Shown: piece by piece, positions 20,762 to 33,212 of the stretch
Layout: every line of letters starts with the position of its first letter
Numbering within the stretch: the stretch's first letter is position 1
DNA from: Candidatus Marinacidobacterales bacterium
GTDB taxonomy: Bacteria; Acidobacteriota; Vicinamibacteria; Marinacidobacterales; SMYC01
Direction: 5' to 3'
Assembly (NCBI GenBank): GCA_965237955.1
Contig: OZ250169.1
Coordinates: 5,696,001 to 5,760,000, forward strand
DNA length: 64,000 bases
Program-made: the position numbers and the translations under genes
Notes under the pieces: model-generated
What the model saw: the letters and a program-made list of their open reading frames with translations, nothing else
Databases searched by the model: none
What the model was told of the DNA's origin: nothing

Positions 20762-20951
20762 AGAACAGGCTCGGCTGGATTTCTGCCTCGTTGCATACCT
20801 CCAAGATCGGCTTTTTCTCGGCAACGTGCTGGCGCAACAGCTCTGCCTTTTGCTCCGCAGTGTGACGACGACGACCTTTGCTCATGACAGCTCCTTTTTC
20901 CATGTGCGTATTTTAACTTCAGGACTGTCATGTTCCAGCTGAACCGAAACA
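20762..20951 (-). mobile_element. 5' part of a second IS3-family element ('ISx'), cut by IS256
   Basis: End TGTTTCGGTTCAGC at 20951; OrfA start MSKGRRRHTAEQKAELLRQH; its 3' part is at 26222-27237. Confidence 0.8.
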
Positions 20952-21364
20952 CGACCCCGTAGCTCTCGCGGTTCTTATCGACGAACGACACCATCACCTC
21001 GGTCGGCGGTCGAGCTCCGCCTGGGCGAAAAACGCCGATGCCTTGCGTAGGATCTCGTTCGCTCGCTTAAGCTCGCGAACTTCCCGCTCGAGCGCCTTGA
21101 GTCGCGTGCGCTCGTCCGTCGTCAGCCCCACGCGTTTGCCTGTGTCACGTTCTGCTTGACGCACCCACTTGCGCAGCGTCTCCGACGTGCACCCAATCTT
21201 CGACGCGACCGAGACGATCGCCGCCCACTGAGATTCGTGCTGATGCTGCTGGTCCAAGACCATCCGCACCGCGCGCTCTTTCACCTCCGGTGAATACCTG
21301 CTTCGTCTTGCCATGACTCCATCCTCTCAAGAGTTGGAGTCTCCGGAAAACCCGGGGCGGTTCA
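20952..21364 (-). mobile_element. 5' half of an IS51-like element (orfA 20994-21314)
   Basis: IR at 21364; orfB breaks after SYGV at the ISx insertion; GTCG duplication shared with 27238-27241. Confidence 0.9.
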
Positions 21365-21738
21365 GAGAGTCGATCCCCGCGAAGGGACTGTCTCTTCACA
21401 CCATCCATCCCCCCGACACAGACACTCCTCCACCGCCCTGCCCTGTTTGCTCGAGTTCTGCTACCCTCGCCAGGACTCAGACTGCACTGTCCCATCCCAG
21501 TGGGGAAATTTCGTGCGGACCGGGGCCGGACACGTATAAATTCTTCTATCCATTTACGCTCCTCTTGTTTATTGTGTTCTTCCGAATGACAATAATTGAG
21601 CTCCGCCCGGCAGCTGGAGTACAAAGCGGCGCTCAAGGGAGGCTCTGGCTCCAGCATACGCTGGAGCGAAACCATCCTCTGCGAAGCAGGGACCTGGGCC
21701 TGATCAGATTTCATCAGCTTTTGGAGAGCGGGACTTAG

Positions 21739-22883
21739 ATGACTTCTCGAAGCATCGTCTCTCCGGAAGACCAAAAGCGCCACCTTCATCGAGCTCTTCT
21801 TCGACCTCGTCTTCGTCTTTTCGGTCACCCAGGTCGTTGGGCTCTTCCACCACGGCGTTCACGGCTACGTCGTCGGTCAAGCGATCCTCGTGTTCTGGCT
21901 CGTGTGGTGGGCGTGGAGCCAGTTTACGTGGGCCCTGAACGCGGCGGACACGACGCACACGCTCGTGGAGCTTGGAACCTTGCTGGCCACGGCGGTAGCG
22001 TTTTTCATGGCGGTCGCGGTCCCGAACGCCTTTCACGAGTCCGCTGCTCTCTTTGCCGTGACCTATGTGCTCGTTCGCGTCATCGGGCTCGCACTCTACG
22101 CCTGGGTCGCTTCAGCCGACCCCTCCCAGCACGCGGCCGTTCGCGTTTTCGCCGCGGTTTCGCTCGGGGGCCTCGTCGCGGTTGACGGGCGGCATTTTCG
22201 GCGGCGCGGCGCAATATTGGCTCTGGGGGCTCGCGATCGTTCTCGACATCGTCGCTGCCGCGATTGGTGGTCAGCTGGAGGGCTGGAACCTCCACCCCGA
22301 GCACTTTGGCGAGCGCCACGGGCTGTTCGTCATCATCGCCCTCGGGGAGACGCTCATCGTCGCCGCGGGCGGAATGAGGGGAGCGCTCTGGACGGACGAT
22401 CTCGTCAGCGTCGGGGTTCTCGTCGTCGGCATCGCCTGCGCCTTCTGGTGGAGCTACTTCACGCGCGCCAAGCCAACGCTCGACCGCGCGTTGGAATCGA
22501 GCTGTGACGCCGATCGCGCGAGCATGGCGAGAGATGTCTACAGCTTTCTGCATTTCCCCATGCTGTGCGGCGTCATCGCTTTCGCTGTCACCGCGGAGGA
22601 AGCCATCGCTCATCCCGGAGAGCCGCTTACGGTTTCAGGTAGGATTGCACTCGCGCTCGTCCTGATCCTCTTTGTCGGCGGGATGGCCTTCGCCGTCTTG
22701 CGCGCAACGGGGCGACTTCCGCTACCTCGCCTGCTGATCTCCGCGGGCGCGGCGGTCGCGATCGTGGCGATGACCGGCTTCGTCGCCCCGGTGAGCCTGG
22801 CCATCGCTTTTCTCGGCGTGGTCTGCGTCGCGATCTGGGAACACAGGCAGCAACATCAACCGTCGTCGACGATGGCTTCGTAG
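21739..22883 (+). pseudogene. ltrA: Low temperature requirement protein A, two frameshifts
   Basis: ATFIELFFDLVFVF, WWAWSQFTW and HFGERHGLFVIIALGE lie in different frames; shifts near 21775 and 22185. Confidence 0.85.
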
Positions 22884-23089
22884 ACGAGCTTTCGGTGTCG
22901 GACCACGGCACCGACGACCCCAGCAATATCCCCGTCGTCGATGTGCTTCTGAAGCCCGCGCGTCACGAGCTCGAGGCGCTCGGACGAAAGCCCAACCGAC
23001 TCGGGCGGCGCCTCCGGAAGTCGCTGGGCGTCGGCCCGCACCGCCCATGCCATGAGCATGAACATCGGCAAAAATCGTCCAAGCGACAT
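22856..23089 (-). pseudogene. 5' fragment of a beta-lactamase-like serine hydrolase
   Basis: Signal peptide + PESVGLSSERL...DGDIAGVV..V.R..KLVY; stops before the SxxK motif. Confidence 0.7.
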
Positions 23090-23327
23090 TCCATCACCTC
23101 CGTTGCTCCAATGTATCGTCACGTTGTAAAAGATGCAGCGCAACGCAGAGACCAAGGGAGATGATGATGCTCGAGAACAGTGTTCCGCTTCAGCGGAAAT
23201 GAGACTTTCTGCAAGTGACGGGTTCTCTCCCCTGCCTGGGTGAACTGCCATGGTATCGCCACCGGGAGGATAGGGCACTGCTGGGAAGCAACCCGAGCGC
23301 CCGGTGGCCGGAATACGGTTGGCATTA

Positions 23328-24374
23328 TTACGCACTGTGTTCATGCTCCCGGGCTCCGGTATGAGCCAAACCGGATCCGCTCAAAGCGGAAAATCCCGGG
23401 GGTTCGGGGGCAGAGCCCCCGTTCGCTATGTGACAACTGGATTCTCCGAGCCGTTTGAGGTTTTCTTCGCGGCGATGCTTGCGTGCGTTCTCGAGTTTGT
23501 CGAGACGTACCTGCTTGCGCTCTTCGTGACGGAGGAGAAACCGGTCTTCGGGCGTGAGGTATTCGATTCCTGCGTGGAGCCTCTTTGCGTTGTAAATCTC
23601 TATCCATTCTCCGATGATGTCTTTCGCGTGAAGCTGATTGCGAAGCTCCTTGTCGGAGAGGCCCTCCTCGCGCAACGTGCGATGAAATCGCTCGATTGCA
23701 CCGTTGGACTGCGGATGATGAATGCGAATACGAATCTGCTTCAATGAGAAGTGCTTGATGAGTTTGCGGAAGTCCTTGCTGGTAAATTGGCTGCCGTTGT
23801 CGTTGACAATCTGGGGCCGTTCTCCAGGGTAGCGCTCCAGTGCTGCATGGACCACATCCGTCACTTCGGCGGCGGTCATGCGCGACAGCAGTTCCCAGTA
23901 CACGATGTAGCGCGAGAAGCCGTCCAGCACTCCGATGAAGAAATACCACCGTCCCGCGATCCACAGGTACATCAAGTCCGTATGCCAGCGTTCGTGGGGG
24001 CGTTTCGGAAGTTCGGGCTTGCGGCCTACGGACGGTGTGGCATTCCACCTTGCGAGCAAATCGTTCCGGTCCAGAATGCGGTACACGCTGCTCGGGCTCA
24101 GGCAAACGACATCCTCGTCCACCATCATCCAGCACAGCCGCCGGTAGCCGTCCCGTGGGTGTGCTAAAGCATAGACCGTCACCGCCTCCTCCTCTTCGGC
24201 AAGCACCTGGTCCAAGTCTGGTGCCTTGGGCTTGATGTCCTCCAGCGCTCCCTCCTTGCGCCTCTTTTGCCAGCGGTAGTACAGCGAGCGAGAGAGCCCG
24301 AGCTTCGAGACAACCCATTCCAGCTTCACCCGGCTTCTCTCCATCGTCTGCTCGATACAATCCAAAATCCTCAA
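23328..24374 (-). CDS. IS3 transposase OrfB
   Basis: WHTDLMY, VNDNGSQF, PQSNGAIERFH. Confidence 0.9.
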   Translation of the reverse strand: MRILDCIEQTMERSRVKLEWVVSKLGLSRSLYYRWQKRRKEGALEDIKPKAPDLDQVLAEEEEAVTVYALAHPRDGYRRLCWMMVDEDVVCLSPSSVYRILDRNDLLARWNATPSVGRKPELPKRPHERWHTDLMYLWIAGRWYFFIGVLDGFSRYIVYWELLSRMTAAEVTDVVHAALERYPGERPQIVNDNGSQFTSKDFRKLIKHFSLKQIRIRIHHPQSNGAIERFHRTLREEGLSDKELRNQLHAKDIIGEWIEIYNAKRLHAGIEYLTPEDRFLLRHEERKQVRLDKLENARKHRREENLKRLGESSCHIANGGSAPEPPGFSALSGSGLAHTGAREHEHSA

Positions 24375-24406
24375 CTTCTCGTGCGGCTCGAAACGACACC
24401 GGTCGA

Positions 24407-24700
24407 CTAGCTTCCAAGCGTTTTTTTTAGGTCCAGATTCTCCATGGTGATCTCTACCACCACCGATTTCATCCTCTCAAGCTCTTGACGCAGCTTCTCC
24501 TCGCGGCGAGACGCCTTCTCCTTCTTGCCATTCTGAAATGATTCCAGTGTCGCCTCCTCCGATTGTTTCAGCCACTGATAGTACTGCCCTGTATTCAATG
24601 CGTGGCGCCGACACACCTCGGACACCGTCGCACCACTCTCCTGGCACTCCTTGAGTATCTGCAGCTTCTCCTTCGCTGACCAACGTTTCCTGCCGTCCAT
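24407..24700 (-). CDS. IS3 transposase OrfA
   Basis: RKRWSAKEKLQIL, VSEVCRRH; A8 slippery run near its 3' end. Confidence 0.88.
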   Translation of the reverse strand: MDGRKRWSAKEKLQILKECQESGATVSEVCRRHALNTGQYYQWLKQSEEATLESFQNGKKEKASRREEKLRQELERMKSVVVEITMENLDLKKTLGS

Positions 24701-25071
24701 CTCTGCCTTCTCCCTTCGTTGAGTATAAGACAGAGGCGAAAACCGTCACTTACTACGACCCCCAAAAGTCTCATTTTGGCTGAACCAATACAAACAGGTT
24801 CCAGTTCGTCGCAGGAATGATTCTGCTCTTGTCGCTTTCGCCGGGCGGCTCCATCTCGGTGACTACGAACCGTTCACGGCATTTCGGGCAACGCGCATTG
24901 CGGCCAACGACCGATGGCTTCACGCGAAGAACGACGCCGCAATGAGGGCAACTGGATTTGGTCGTGCCGCCTTTTGCCTGATCGCTATCAGGTGTTTCAG
25001 TAGACATCACGTAGAGCACGGGTCTTCTCACAGGCTCGCAGCGCGGAAGTTACTTGACGGCACCTGGGACG

Positions 25072-25634
25072 TCAATATTCCCAAAGTTCTTTGCCGTCGG
25101 TGTGCGTGCTCTTCAGGGCATCGAGGTCACAAACCGGATCGAACACCGCGTTGTATCCGGCTTCCTGGTTGTAGGAGAACTCAATGCTATGGCCGCTTGG
25201 ATCAGTAACGTAGGCACAATAGCCGCCGGGCCAGCCTTCCCCACACGGACCATTCTCAAGAATTCCTTCTTCTTTCGCCATTTCGGCGGTTCGCTTGACC
25301 TCGCTGCAACTGCGGCAGGTGAATCCAATGTGGGCGGAAGCCACAATCGGGTGCGCGAGTTTGGCATTGTGGTAGTCGGTGGGGCCGTCGCGATTCGAGT
25401 CCGTAATGTCTACCGGGTCCGAATCCAGTAAGGCAATTTGGAACGGCCGGATGCCGTCGGCCAATCAGACGTTGACCGGATCTTCGCGGCGTTTGACCAC
25501 CTTCACCTGACAATACTTCTCGTAAAACGCGACACTTTTTCTCGACGTCGAGCACGGGAATTGCCAGATGCGAAAGGAACCCTCTTGTTGCTCACACCCG
25601 ATACGTCAAATTCGCCACGAGCTAGATCAGTCAT
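25072..25634 (-). pseudogene. VOC/glyoxalase family protein with frameshift(s) and an internal TGA
   Basis: HLAIPVLDVEK/SVAFYEKY...V*LADG...HIGF...YVTDPSGHSIEFS; RBS AAGGAG before ATG 25634. Confidence 0.7.
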
Positions 25635-25670
25635 GTTGTTCTCCTTTCAAAGGATGTTCTCGCTGATTTA

Positions 25671-26221
25671 GGGGATGTCCCGCCGGATGTTGAATTTGGG
25701 GTAGCGGCGGCTCCTTGGCCGGCCTAAGAATAGGTCTGCCAAACCAACCGTCTCCAGAGGGGGACAAGGAGCCACCATGCCAAGGAAATCAAAGAAGCCA
25801 GTAAGAAAGCAAACGCACTCGTCTACGGGCAAGGTAGTTGGCCAAGTCGGTCAGATACTGCTACCGATGATAGCTGGGATCGCGGGGCCACGAAGGCGGA
25901 CCTGACGGAATGGGTGTACGAGCAAGGACTGACCGCATTGCACCTACTCCTGAGAGAGGACGCGGAGAAGATCGCGGGGCCGAAGGGCAAGCACGAGAAG
26001 GAGCGAACTCATAACCACTGGGGGAGCACGGATGGGGAGCTGAGCTTCGGCGGTCGTCGAATCCAAGTGTCGCGACCTCGAGTTCGTTCGAAGTCGGGCG
26101 AGGAGGCGTCGCTTCCACACTTCGAAGCCTTCCGCGAAGAAGACCCGCTTCCGGAGCGAGTGCTGAACCAGATCTTGGTGGGGGTATCGACCCGAAATTA
26201 CGAATCGAGTCTGGACAAACC
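25671..26221 (+). mobile_element. IS256 element copy B, 3'-truncated
   Basis: Reverse-complement copy of the 5' part of 17990-20761; starts GGGGATGTCCC; frameshift near 25885. Confidence 0.9.
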
Positions 26222-28144
<1,923 letters not shown>

Positions 28145-28331
28145 CCGATGCCGGCAGGTCGATGGAAGTGTGCGCCGGGAACCGCCAAGCCGCAAAGTGC
28201 AACAGTCTGGCCCGCGTGTTAGAATCTCTACCAGTCGATCCAGAGCCAATCCGTTGGATGGCTTGGCGTTGGATGGCTTGGCGAATGATCAACGCGGACG
28301 GTGTGCATCTCGAATCCGCATGGGCCCCTCG

Positions 28332-30650
28332 ATGAAGTTCTCTGCGTTCCCGTCGTTCGCAAGAAAGGTCGGGGCTTCGTTAACTCTCGTCCTGACGGCA
28401 GCGATTGCCGCAACCCTGGCAGCGCGTGCTCACGCAGAAGTGAGCTATAACCGTGACGTTCTACCACTCCTGACCGCAAAGTGTTTCGCTTGTCACGGAG
28501 CAGACCAGGCGAGACGCAAGGCCCACTTGAGATTGGACGTGCGCGACTCGGCGCTGGCCGACCGCGATGGCGTGCGAGCCATTGCGCCAGGCAGGCCGGC
28601 ACAAAGCGAGTTAGTCCGCAGAATCTTCTCGACGGACGCGGACGAAGCGATGCCGCCGTTGGATGAAGGCGAGCCGCTCACGGAAGAGGAGAAACAGATC
28701 CTCAAACAGTGGATCGCCGAAGGCGCTGTCTATGGGAAGCACTGGGCGTTTCAAATGCCAAAGAAGAGGCCCGTACCGGACGTGGGTGATGGGGGAGACA
28801 ATGAGATTGACCGTTTCATCTACGCGCGTCTGGTGGAAGCCAATCTAACGCCGCAACGGCCGGCGACACGTGAGCAACTGATTCGCCGGGTAACCCTCGA
28901 TTTGACCGGGCTGCCGCCCACACTCGAGGAAGTTGACGCCTTCCTGGCGGACGATTCCCCCGATGCCTACGAGCGCGTGGTGGATCGCCTGCTGGCGTCA
29001 CCCCGGTTCGGAGAACGCATGGCGGCGTGGTGGCTCGACGGCGCCCGCTATGGGGACAGCCACGGCTATGACAACGATTTGGAGAACAGCCAGTGGCCGT
29101 GGCGAAACTGGGTTATCGAAGCGTTCAACAACAACAAGCCGTTCGATCAATTCACCGTAGAGCAACTCGCCGGCGATCTGCTTCCCGATGCCACCGAGGA
29201 CCAAGTGCTGGCGACCGGCTTCAACCGAAACCACCGCATCCAAACCGAAGATGGGGCCATCGACGAGGAGTGGCGGACGGAGTACGTGATTGACCGAGTG
29301 GAAACGATGGGCACCGTTTGGATGGGGCTGACACTCAGTTGCGCGCGGTGTCACGACCACAAGTACGACCCCATCAGCCAGAAAGAGTTCTATCAACTCT
29401 TTGCCCTGTTTAACAATTTGGACGAGAAGGGCTTTATCAACGACCTGCGAGGGAGCGCCGAACCACGCGTCCGCTATCAGGCCCAACGGTTCGAGCGGGC
29501 AGCGGCTGCCATCAAGCAACGTCTGAAAGAAAAAGGCGCGCAAGACAAGGCGCTGGCCGAACTGGATTCTCGTCACCCAATGGTGATGGTGATGCGCGAG
29601 ATGGAGAAGCCCCGACAGGCGTACGTCCTTGTGCGGGGACAATACGACGCTCGCGGGGAGGAGGTAACGCCGGGATTGCCCGTGGCCTTGCCGCAGTTGG
29701 CCGAGGATGAACAAATGACTCGCCTTTCCTTTGCGCGTTGGCTCGTCAACGAGCGTCATCCGTTGACCGCGAGGGTAATGGTCAACCGACTTTGGGAACA
29801 ACTCTTTGGGATCGGCATTGTCGAAAGCTCAGAGAATCTGGGCGTGCAAGCAGATTGGCCCAGCCATCCGGAGTTGCTGGATTGGCTGGCCGTGGACTTC
29901 GTGGAGAGCGGCTGGGATGTGAAACGGCTGATGAAGAAGATCGTCACGAGCGCGACCTACCGGCAAAGCCATGTTGTGGACGAACACCGACTGCTTCGCG
30001 ACCCGAAGAACCGCCTCTTAAGCCGCGGCCCGCGCGTGCGGCTTCCCGCCGAGATGGTTCGCGATCAGGCGTTGGCGTTATCGGGGCTTCTGTATGAACA
30101 ATTCGGCGGGCCGAGTGTGCGGCCATACCAGCCGGCCGGCCTCTGGGAAGAAGTGGAGAAGCGAGGGGAGTACGAGCAAAGCCATGGCAAGGACCTCTAC
30201 CGCCGCAGCCTCTACACGGCAATTCGGCGAACCGTCGTGACACCGCAGATGGCGCTGTTCGATCTGCCCAGCCGCGAGGTCTGCACAGTGCGGCGAGCGC
30301 GAACGAACACGCCGCTTCAGGCGTTGGCCTTGATGAACGACGTGACGTATGTCGAGACCTCCAAGAAGTTCGCTGAGCGGATGACGGCGCGCGGGGCGAC
30401 GCCGGCGGAGAGAATCGCTTGGGGATTTCGCCGCGCGACGCTAAGGCGGGCGAAGCACGTGGAACTGGGCGTGCTGCTCGCCGGCTACCAGAGGCGGTTG
30501 GCCATCTATCGCATGAACCCCGACCGCGCTTCGGCGCTCTTGAAGCAGGGCGAGTCTCAGGTTGCCGGTGACCATGACAAAGCAGATCTAGCAGCCATGA
30601 CGACCGTGGCGAGTATCCTCTTGAACCTTGATGAGATCATCAATAAATGA
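28332..30650 (+). CDS. Planctomycete cytochrome c / DUF1549 / DUF1553 protein
   Basis: Signal peptide, CFACHG, HWAF, RRVTLDLTGLPP, WLDGARYGDS, CARCHDHK, HPLTARVMVNRLW, TNTPLQAL. Confidence 0.93.
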   Translation: MKFSAFPSFARKVGASLTLVLTAAIAATLAARAHAEVSYNRDVLPLLTAKCFACHGADQARRKAHLRLDVRDSALADRDGVRAIAPGRPAQSELVRRIFSTDADEAMPPLDEGEPLTEEEKQILKQWIAEGAVYGKHWAFQMPKKRPVPDVGDGGDNEIDRFIYARLVEANLTPQRPATREQLIRRVTLDLTGLPPTLEEVDAFLADDSPDAYERVVDRLLASPRFGERMAAWWLDGARYGDSHGYDNDLENSQWPWRNWVIEAFNNNKPFDQFTVEQLAGDLLPDATEDQVLATGFNRNHRIQTEDGAIDEEWRTEYVIDRVETMGTVWMGLTLSCARCHDHKYDPISQKEFYQLFALFNNLDEKGFINDLRGSAEPRVRYQAQRFERAAAAIKQRLKEKGAQDKALAELDSRHPMVMVMREMEKPRQAYVLVRGQYDARGEEVTPGLPVALPQLAEDEQMTRLSFARWLVNERHPLTARVMVNRLWEQLFGIGIVESSENLGVQADWPSHPELLDWLAVDFVESGWDVKRLMKKIVTSATYRQSHVVDEHRLLRDPKNRLLSRGPRVRLPAEMVRDQALALSGLLYEQFGGPSVRPYQPAGLWEEVEKRGEYEQSHGKDLYRRSLYTAIRRTVVTPQMALFDLPSREVCTVRRARTNTPLQALALMNDVTYVETSKKFAERMTARGATPAERIAWGFRRATLRRAKHVELGVLLAGYQRRLAIYRMNPDRASALLKQGESQVAGDHDKADLAAMTTVASILLNLDEIINK

Positions 30651-32098
30651 CGACCTCAGCTAACCGCAATCAAAGGGTGATGCTGCAAGAGAGTCACGCA
30701 CTCAACCGACGAACCTTTCTGAGAACCTCGGCGCATGGCTTCGGCGCCGTCGCGTTGGGATCTCTCTTGGCTGGTGAGACGGCCCAAGCTGCTTCCTTGC
30801 TCGGCAAGCCGCATCACGCGCCCAGGGCGAAGCGGGTCATCTATCTGTTCCAATCAGGAGGACCCAGTCAATGCGACCTGTTTGATCCCAAGCCCGAACT
30901 GGAGAAACAACGCGGCAAGGAGTTGCCGTCTTCAGTGCGCGGCGGCCAGCGTATTACAACTATGACTTCCAAGCAGAAGACGCTGCCGGTGACGCCAAGC
31001 CAATACCGCTACCAGCGTCACGGGGAAAGCGGAATTGCGCTCAGCGAGTTGTTGCCGCAGCTCGGGAAGGTCGTCGACGACCTCTGCCTGATCCGGTCGA
31101 TGCACACCGAAGCGATCAACCATGATCCGGCAATCACTTTCTTCCAGGCCGGCTTCCAGCTTGCCGGGCGTCCCAGCATTGGGTCGTGGGTCTCGTACGG
31201 CCTGGGGGCGATCAATGAGAACCTGCCCAGCTACGTCGTGCTCACCTCGCAGGGAGGCTCCGGGTCCCAGCCGCTGTACAGCCGGCTTTGGGCATCCGGT
31301 TTTCTCCCGACGGAGTACTCCGGCGTGAAGTTGCGCAATACGGGCGCGCCAGTTTTCTATCTGTCGAATCCGTCCGGCATCGACAAAGCACTGCGGCGGG
31401 ACATGCTGGATGACCTGGCCAAGTTGAATCGAAGGCAACACGAGGCCGTCGGCGATCCAGAAATCGAAGCGCGTATCGCGCAGTATGAAATGGCCTTTCG
31501 CATGCAGTCGAGCGTGCCCGAGCTGGCCGACATTTCCAACGAGCCTGAGAATGTGCTCAAACTGTACGGCCCTGATGTTTCCAAGCCGGGAACATTCGCC
31601 AGAAACTGCCTCTTGGCCCGGCGGCTGGCCGAGCGCGATGTCCGGTTCATCCAACTTTTTCACATGGGCTGGGACCACCACGGCAAGCTCGCCGAAATGT
31701 TGCCCAAGTTGTGCCGAAGCGCGGATCATCCCACTGCGGGGCTTCTGCTCGATCTGAAACAGCGCGGACTGCTCGACGACACGCTGGTGATTTGGGTGGG
31801 TGAGTTCGGCAGAACGATCTACGCTCAATCGCCAGACAAGAATTACGGACGCGATCACCACCCGCGTTGCTTCACCGCGATGCTCGCCGGGGGCGGCGTG
31901 AAGCAGGGGCACGTCCACGGCGCCACCGATGACTACTGCTACAACATCGCCAGCGATCCCGTACACGTCCACGACCTCAACGCCACCATCCTGCATCTTC
32001 TGGGCATCGACCACGAGAAGCTCACCTACAAGTTCCAAGGCCGGCAGTATCGATTGACTGACGTACACGGAAGGCTGGTGCGAGGGATCTTGGCTTGA
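30647..32098 (+). CDS. DUF1501 protein
   Basis: Tat-like RRTFL, AKRVIYLFQSGGPSQ, WDHH, GEFGRT, GRDHHP. Confidence 0.93.
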   Translation: MTTSANRNQRVMLQESHALNRRTFLRTSAHGFGAVALGSLLAGETAQAASLLGKPHHAPRAKRVIYLFQSGGPSQCDLFDPKPELEKQRGKELPSSVRGGQRITTMTSKQKTLPVTPSQYRYQRHGESGIALSELLPQLGKVVDDLCLIRSMHTEAINHDPAITFFQAGFQLAGRPSIGSWVSYGLGAINENLPSYVVLTSQGGSGSQPLYSRLWASGFLPTEYSGVKLRNTGAPVFYLSNPSGIDKALRRDMLDDLAKLNRRQHEAVGDPEIEARIAQYEMAFRMQSSVPELADISNEPENVLKLYGPDVSKPGTFARNCLLARRLAERDVRFIQLFHMGWDHHGKLAEMLPKLCRSADHPTAGLLLDLKQRGLLDDTLVIWVGEFGRTIYAQSPDKNYGRDHHPRCFTAMLAGGGVKQGHVHGATDDYCYNIASDPVHVHDLNATILHLLGIDHEKLTYKFQGRQYRLTDVHGRLVRGILA

Positions 32099-32360
32099 GC
32101 GAACAGCAATGACTCAAGCCACCCCCCTTCTTGGGGATGGGACCCAACCACTGGATGGGCAACGGTATGGCCTGCGACCGGGCCCGGCGGACGCCCGCTC
32201 GCGCTCCGGACCCGAAGACGATGAGAGGCCGGAAGGGGCTTCTGACGAGGAGCCCCACGGCAAGTCTTCGAAAGGCGCGCGGGCTGCTCCGTTTCTACCA
32301 TTGCGAAGCCGCATGAGTATTTTGACCACACGGGTATCGTTTGATTCATTGTTGAAAAAG

Positions 32361-32429
32361 GTAGGGAGGACCGGCTCGGTCCTCCGAAATGGGCAACGCA
32401 AAAAGGAGGACCGAGCCGGTCCTCCCTAC
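32361..32429. repeat. Inverted pair of GTAG-family REP palindromes
   Basis: GTAG-GGAGGACCG-GCT-CGGTCCTCC at 32361-32385 and its exact reverse complement at 32405-32429. Confidence 0.8.
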
Positions 32430-32441
32430 CTTTAGGTTGCC

Positions 32442-33212
32442 CTACCTTAATTCAGCGTACGCGTCTAATATTTCAGAATACGCTTTTTTATAGAATACGA
32501 TGTCGGCTCCGTGGACGAGGAGTTGGGCTCCGAGGTCTTTCATGCATTTCGCATGATCCATGTCGAAGACGAGCGTCCCGAATGCTTTTCCAGCGGCAAT
32601 CGTTTTTTCAGCGATGGTTCGCGCCGCTTCGAGCGTCTCTTTTCTTTTCACATCGCCAGGTCTTCCTGTAAGGGCAGAATAGTCTCCGGGTCCAAAGAAG
32701 ATGCAATCTACTCCGTCAACGGATGCGATTTCTGAAACGTTTTCTAAGGCTTCGGGCGATTCGATTTGAGCGGTGATCCAAGTGTTTTCATTCGCCTGGT
32801 TAGTGTAGTCTTCAGCGGGATACTGTCCGTAGTTATTGTCGGCGCTTCCGCCATCAAAACCACGCTCGCCCATCGGGTGGAATTTAGACCATTTGACGAC
32901 TTCTCGGGCTTCTTCCGCGGATTTACACCGCGGATACAGGATTCCCTGCGCTCCTGCCTCGAGAAGTCGGCCCATTCGCATGTATTCCCAACGTCCTGGA
33001 CGAGCGAGTAAGTCGACGTCGCCAACCCGAGATGCCCGGGCGAGGTTAGCGAATATTTCAACGCTTTTGTCGCTATGCTCAAGGTCGTACCAGAGGAAGT
33101 CGAATCCCATTTGACTGAGCACTTCCGTGTGTACGGGGTCGATCGACTTGACGAGAGTTCCCAGCGCGATTCCGCCGTTTTTCCAAATTTCCTTAGCTCG
33201 GCTTTGTTTCAT
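32442..33212 (-). CDS. HpcH/HpaI family aldolase
   Basis: GFDFLWYDLEHS, P.GERG, AQIES, FFGPGD. Confidence 0.9.
   Translation of the reverse strand: MKQSRAKEIWKNGGIALGTLVKSIDPVHTEVLSQMGFDFLWYDLEHSDKSVEIFANLARASRVGDVDLLARPGRWEYMRMGRLLEAGAQGILYPRCKSAEEAREVVKWSKFHPMGERGFDGGSADNNYGQYPAEDYTNQANENTWITAQIESPEALENVSEIASVDGVDCIFFGPGDYSALTGRPGDVKRKETLEAARTIAEKTIAAGKAFGTLVFDMDHAKCMKDLGAQLLVHGADIVFYKKAYSEILDAYAELR

Larger units (their letters stand above)
23181..24792 (-). mobile_element. IS3 family element, complete
   Basis: Ends TGTTCCGCTTCAGC and (rc) TGTATTGGTTCAGC; target duplication AACAG at 23176-23180 and 24793-24797. Confidence 0.92.
23094..25007 (-). pseudogene. Small zinc-ribbon membrane protein split by an IS
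   Basis: CPHC...CPKC; after removing 23181-24792 the frame continues LFSSIIISLGLCVALHLL...RR*. Confidence 0.65.

Noticed and set aside
21365-21738. ORF 21313-21738 and pyrimidine-rich intergenic stretch
   Set aside because: Starts inside an IS end; no recognisable motif or convincing structure
28255-28285. 15-bp tandem duplication TTGGATGGCTTGGCG
   Set aside because: Only two copies and no supporting context
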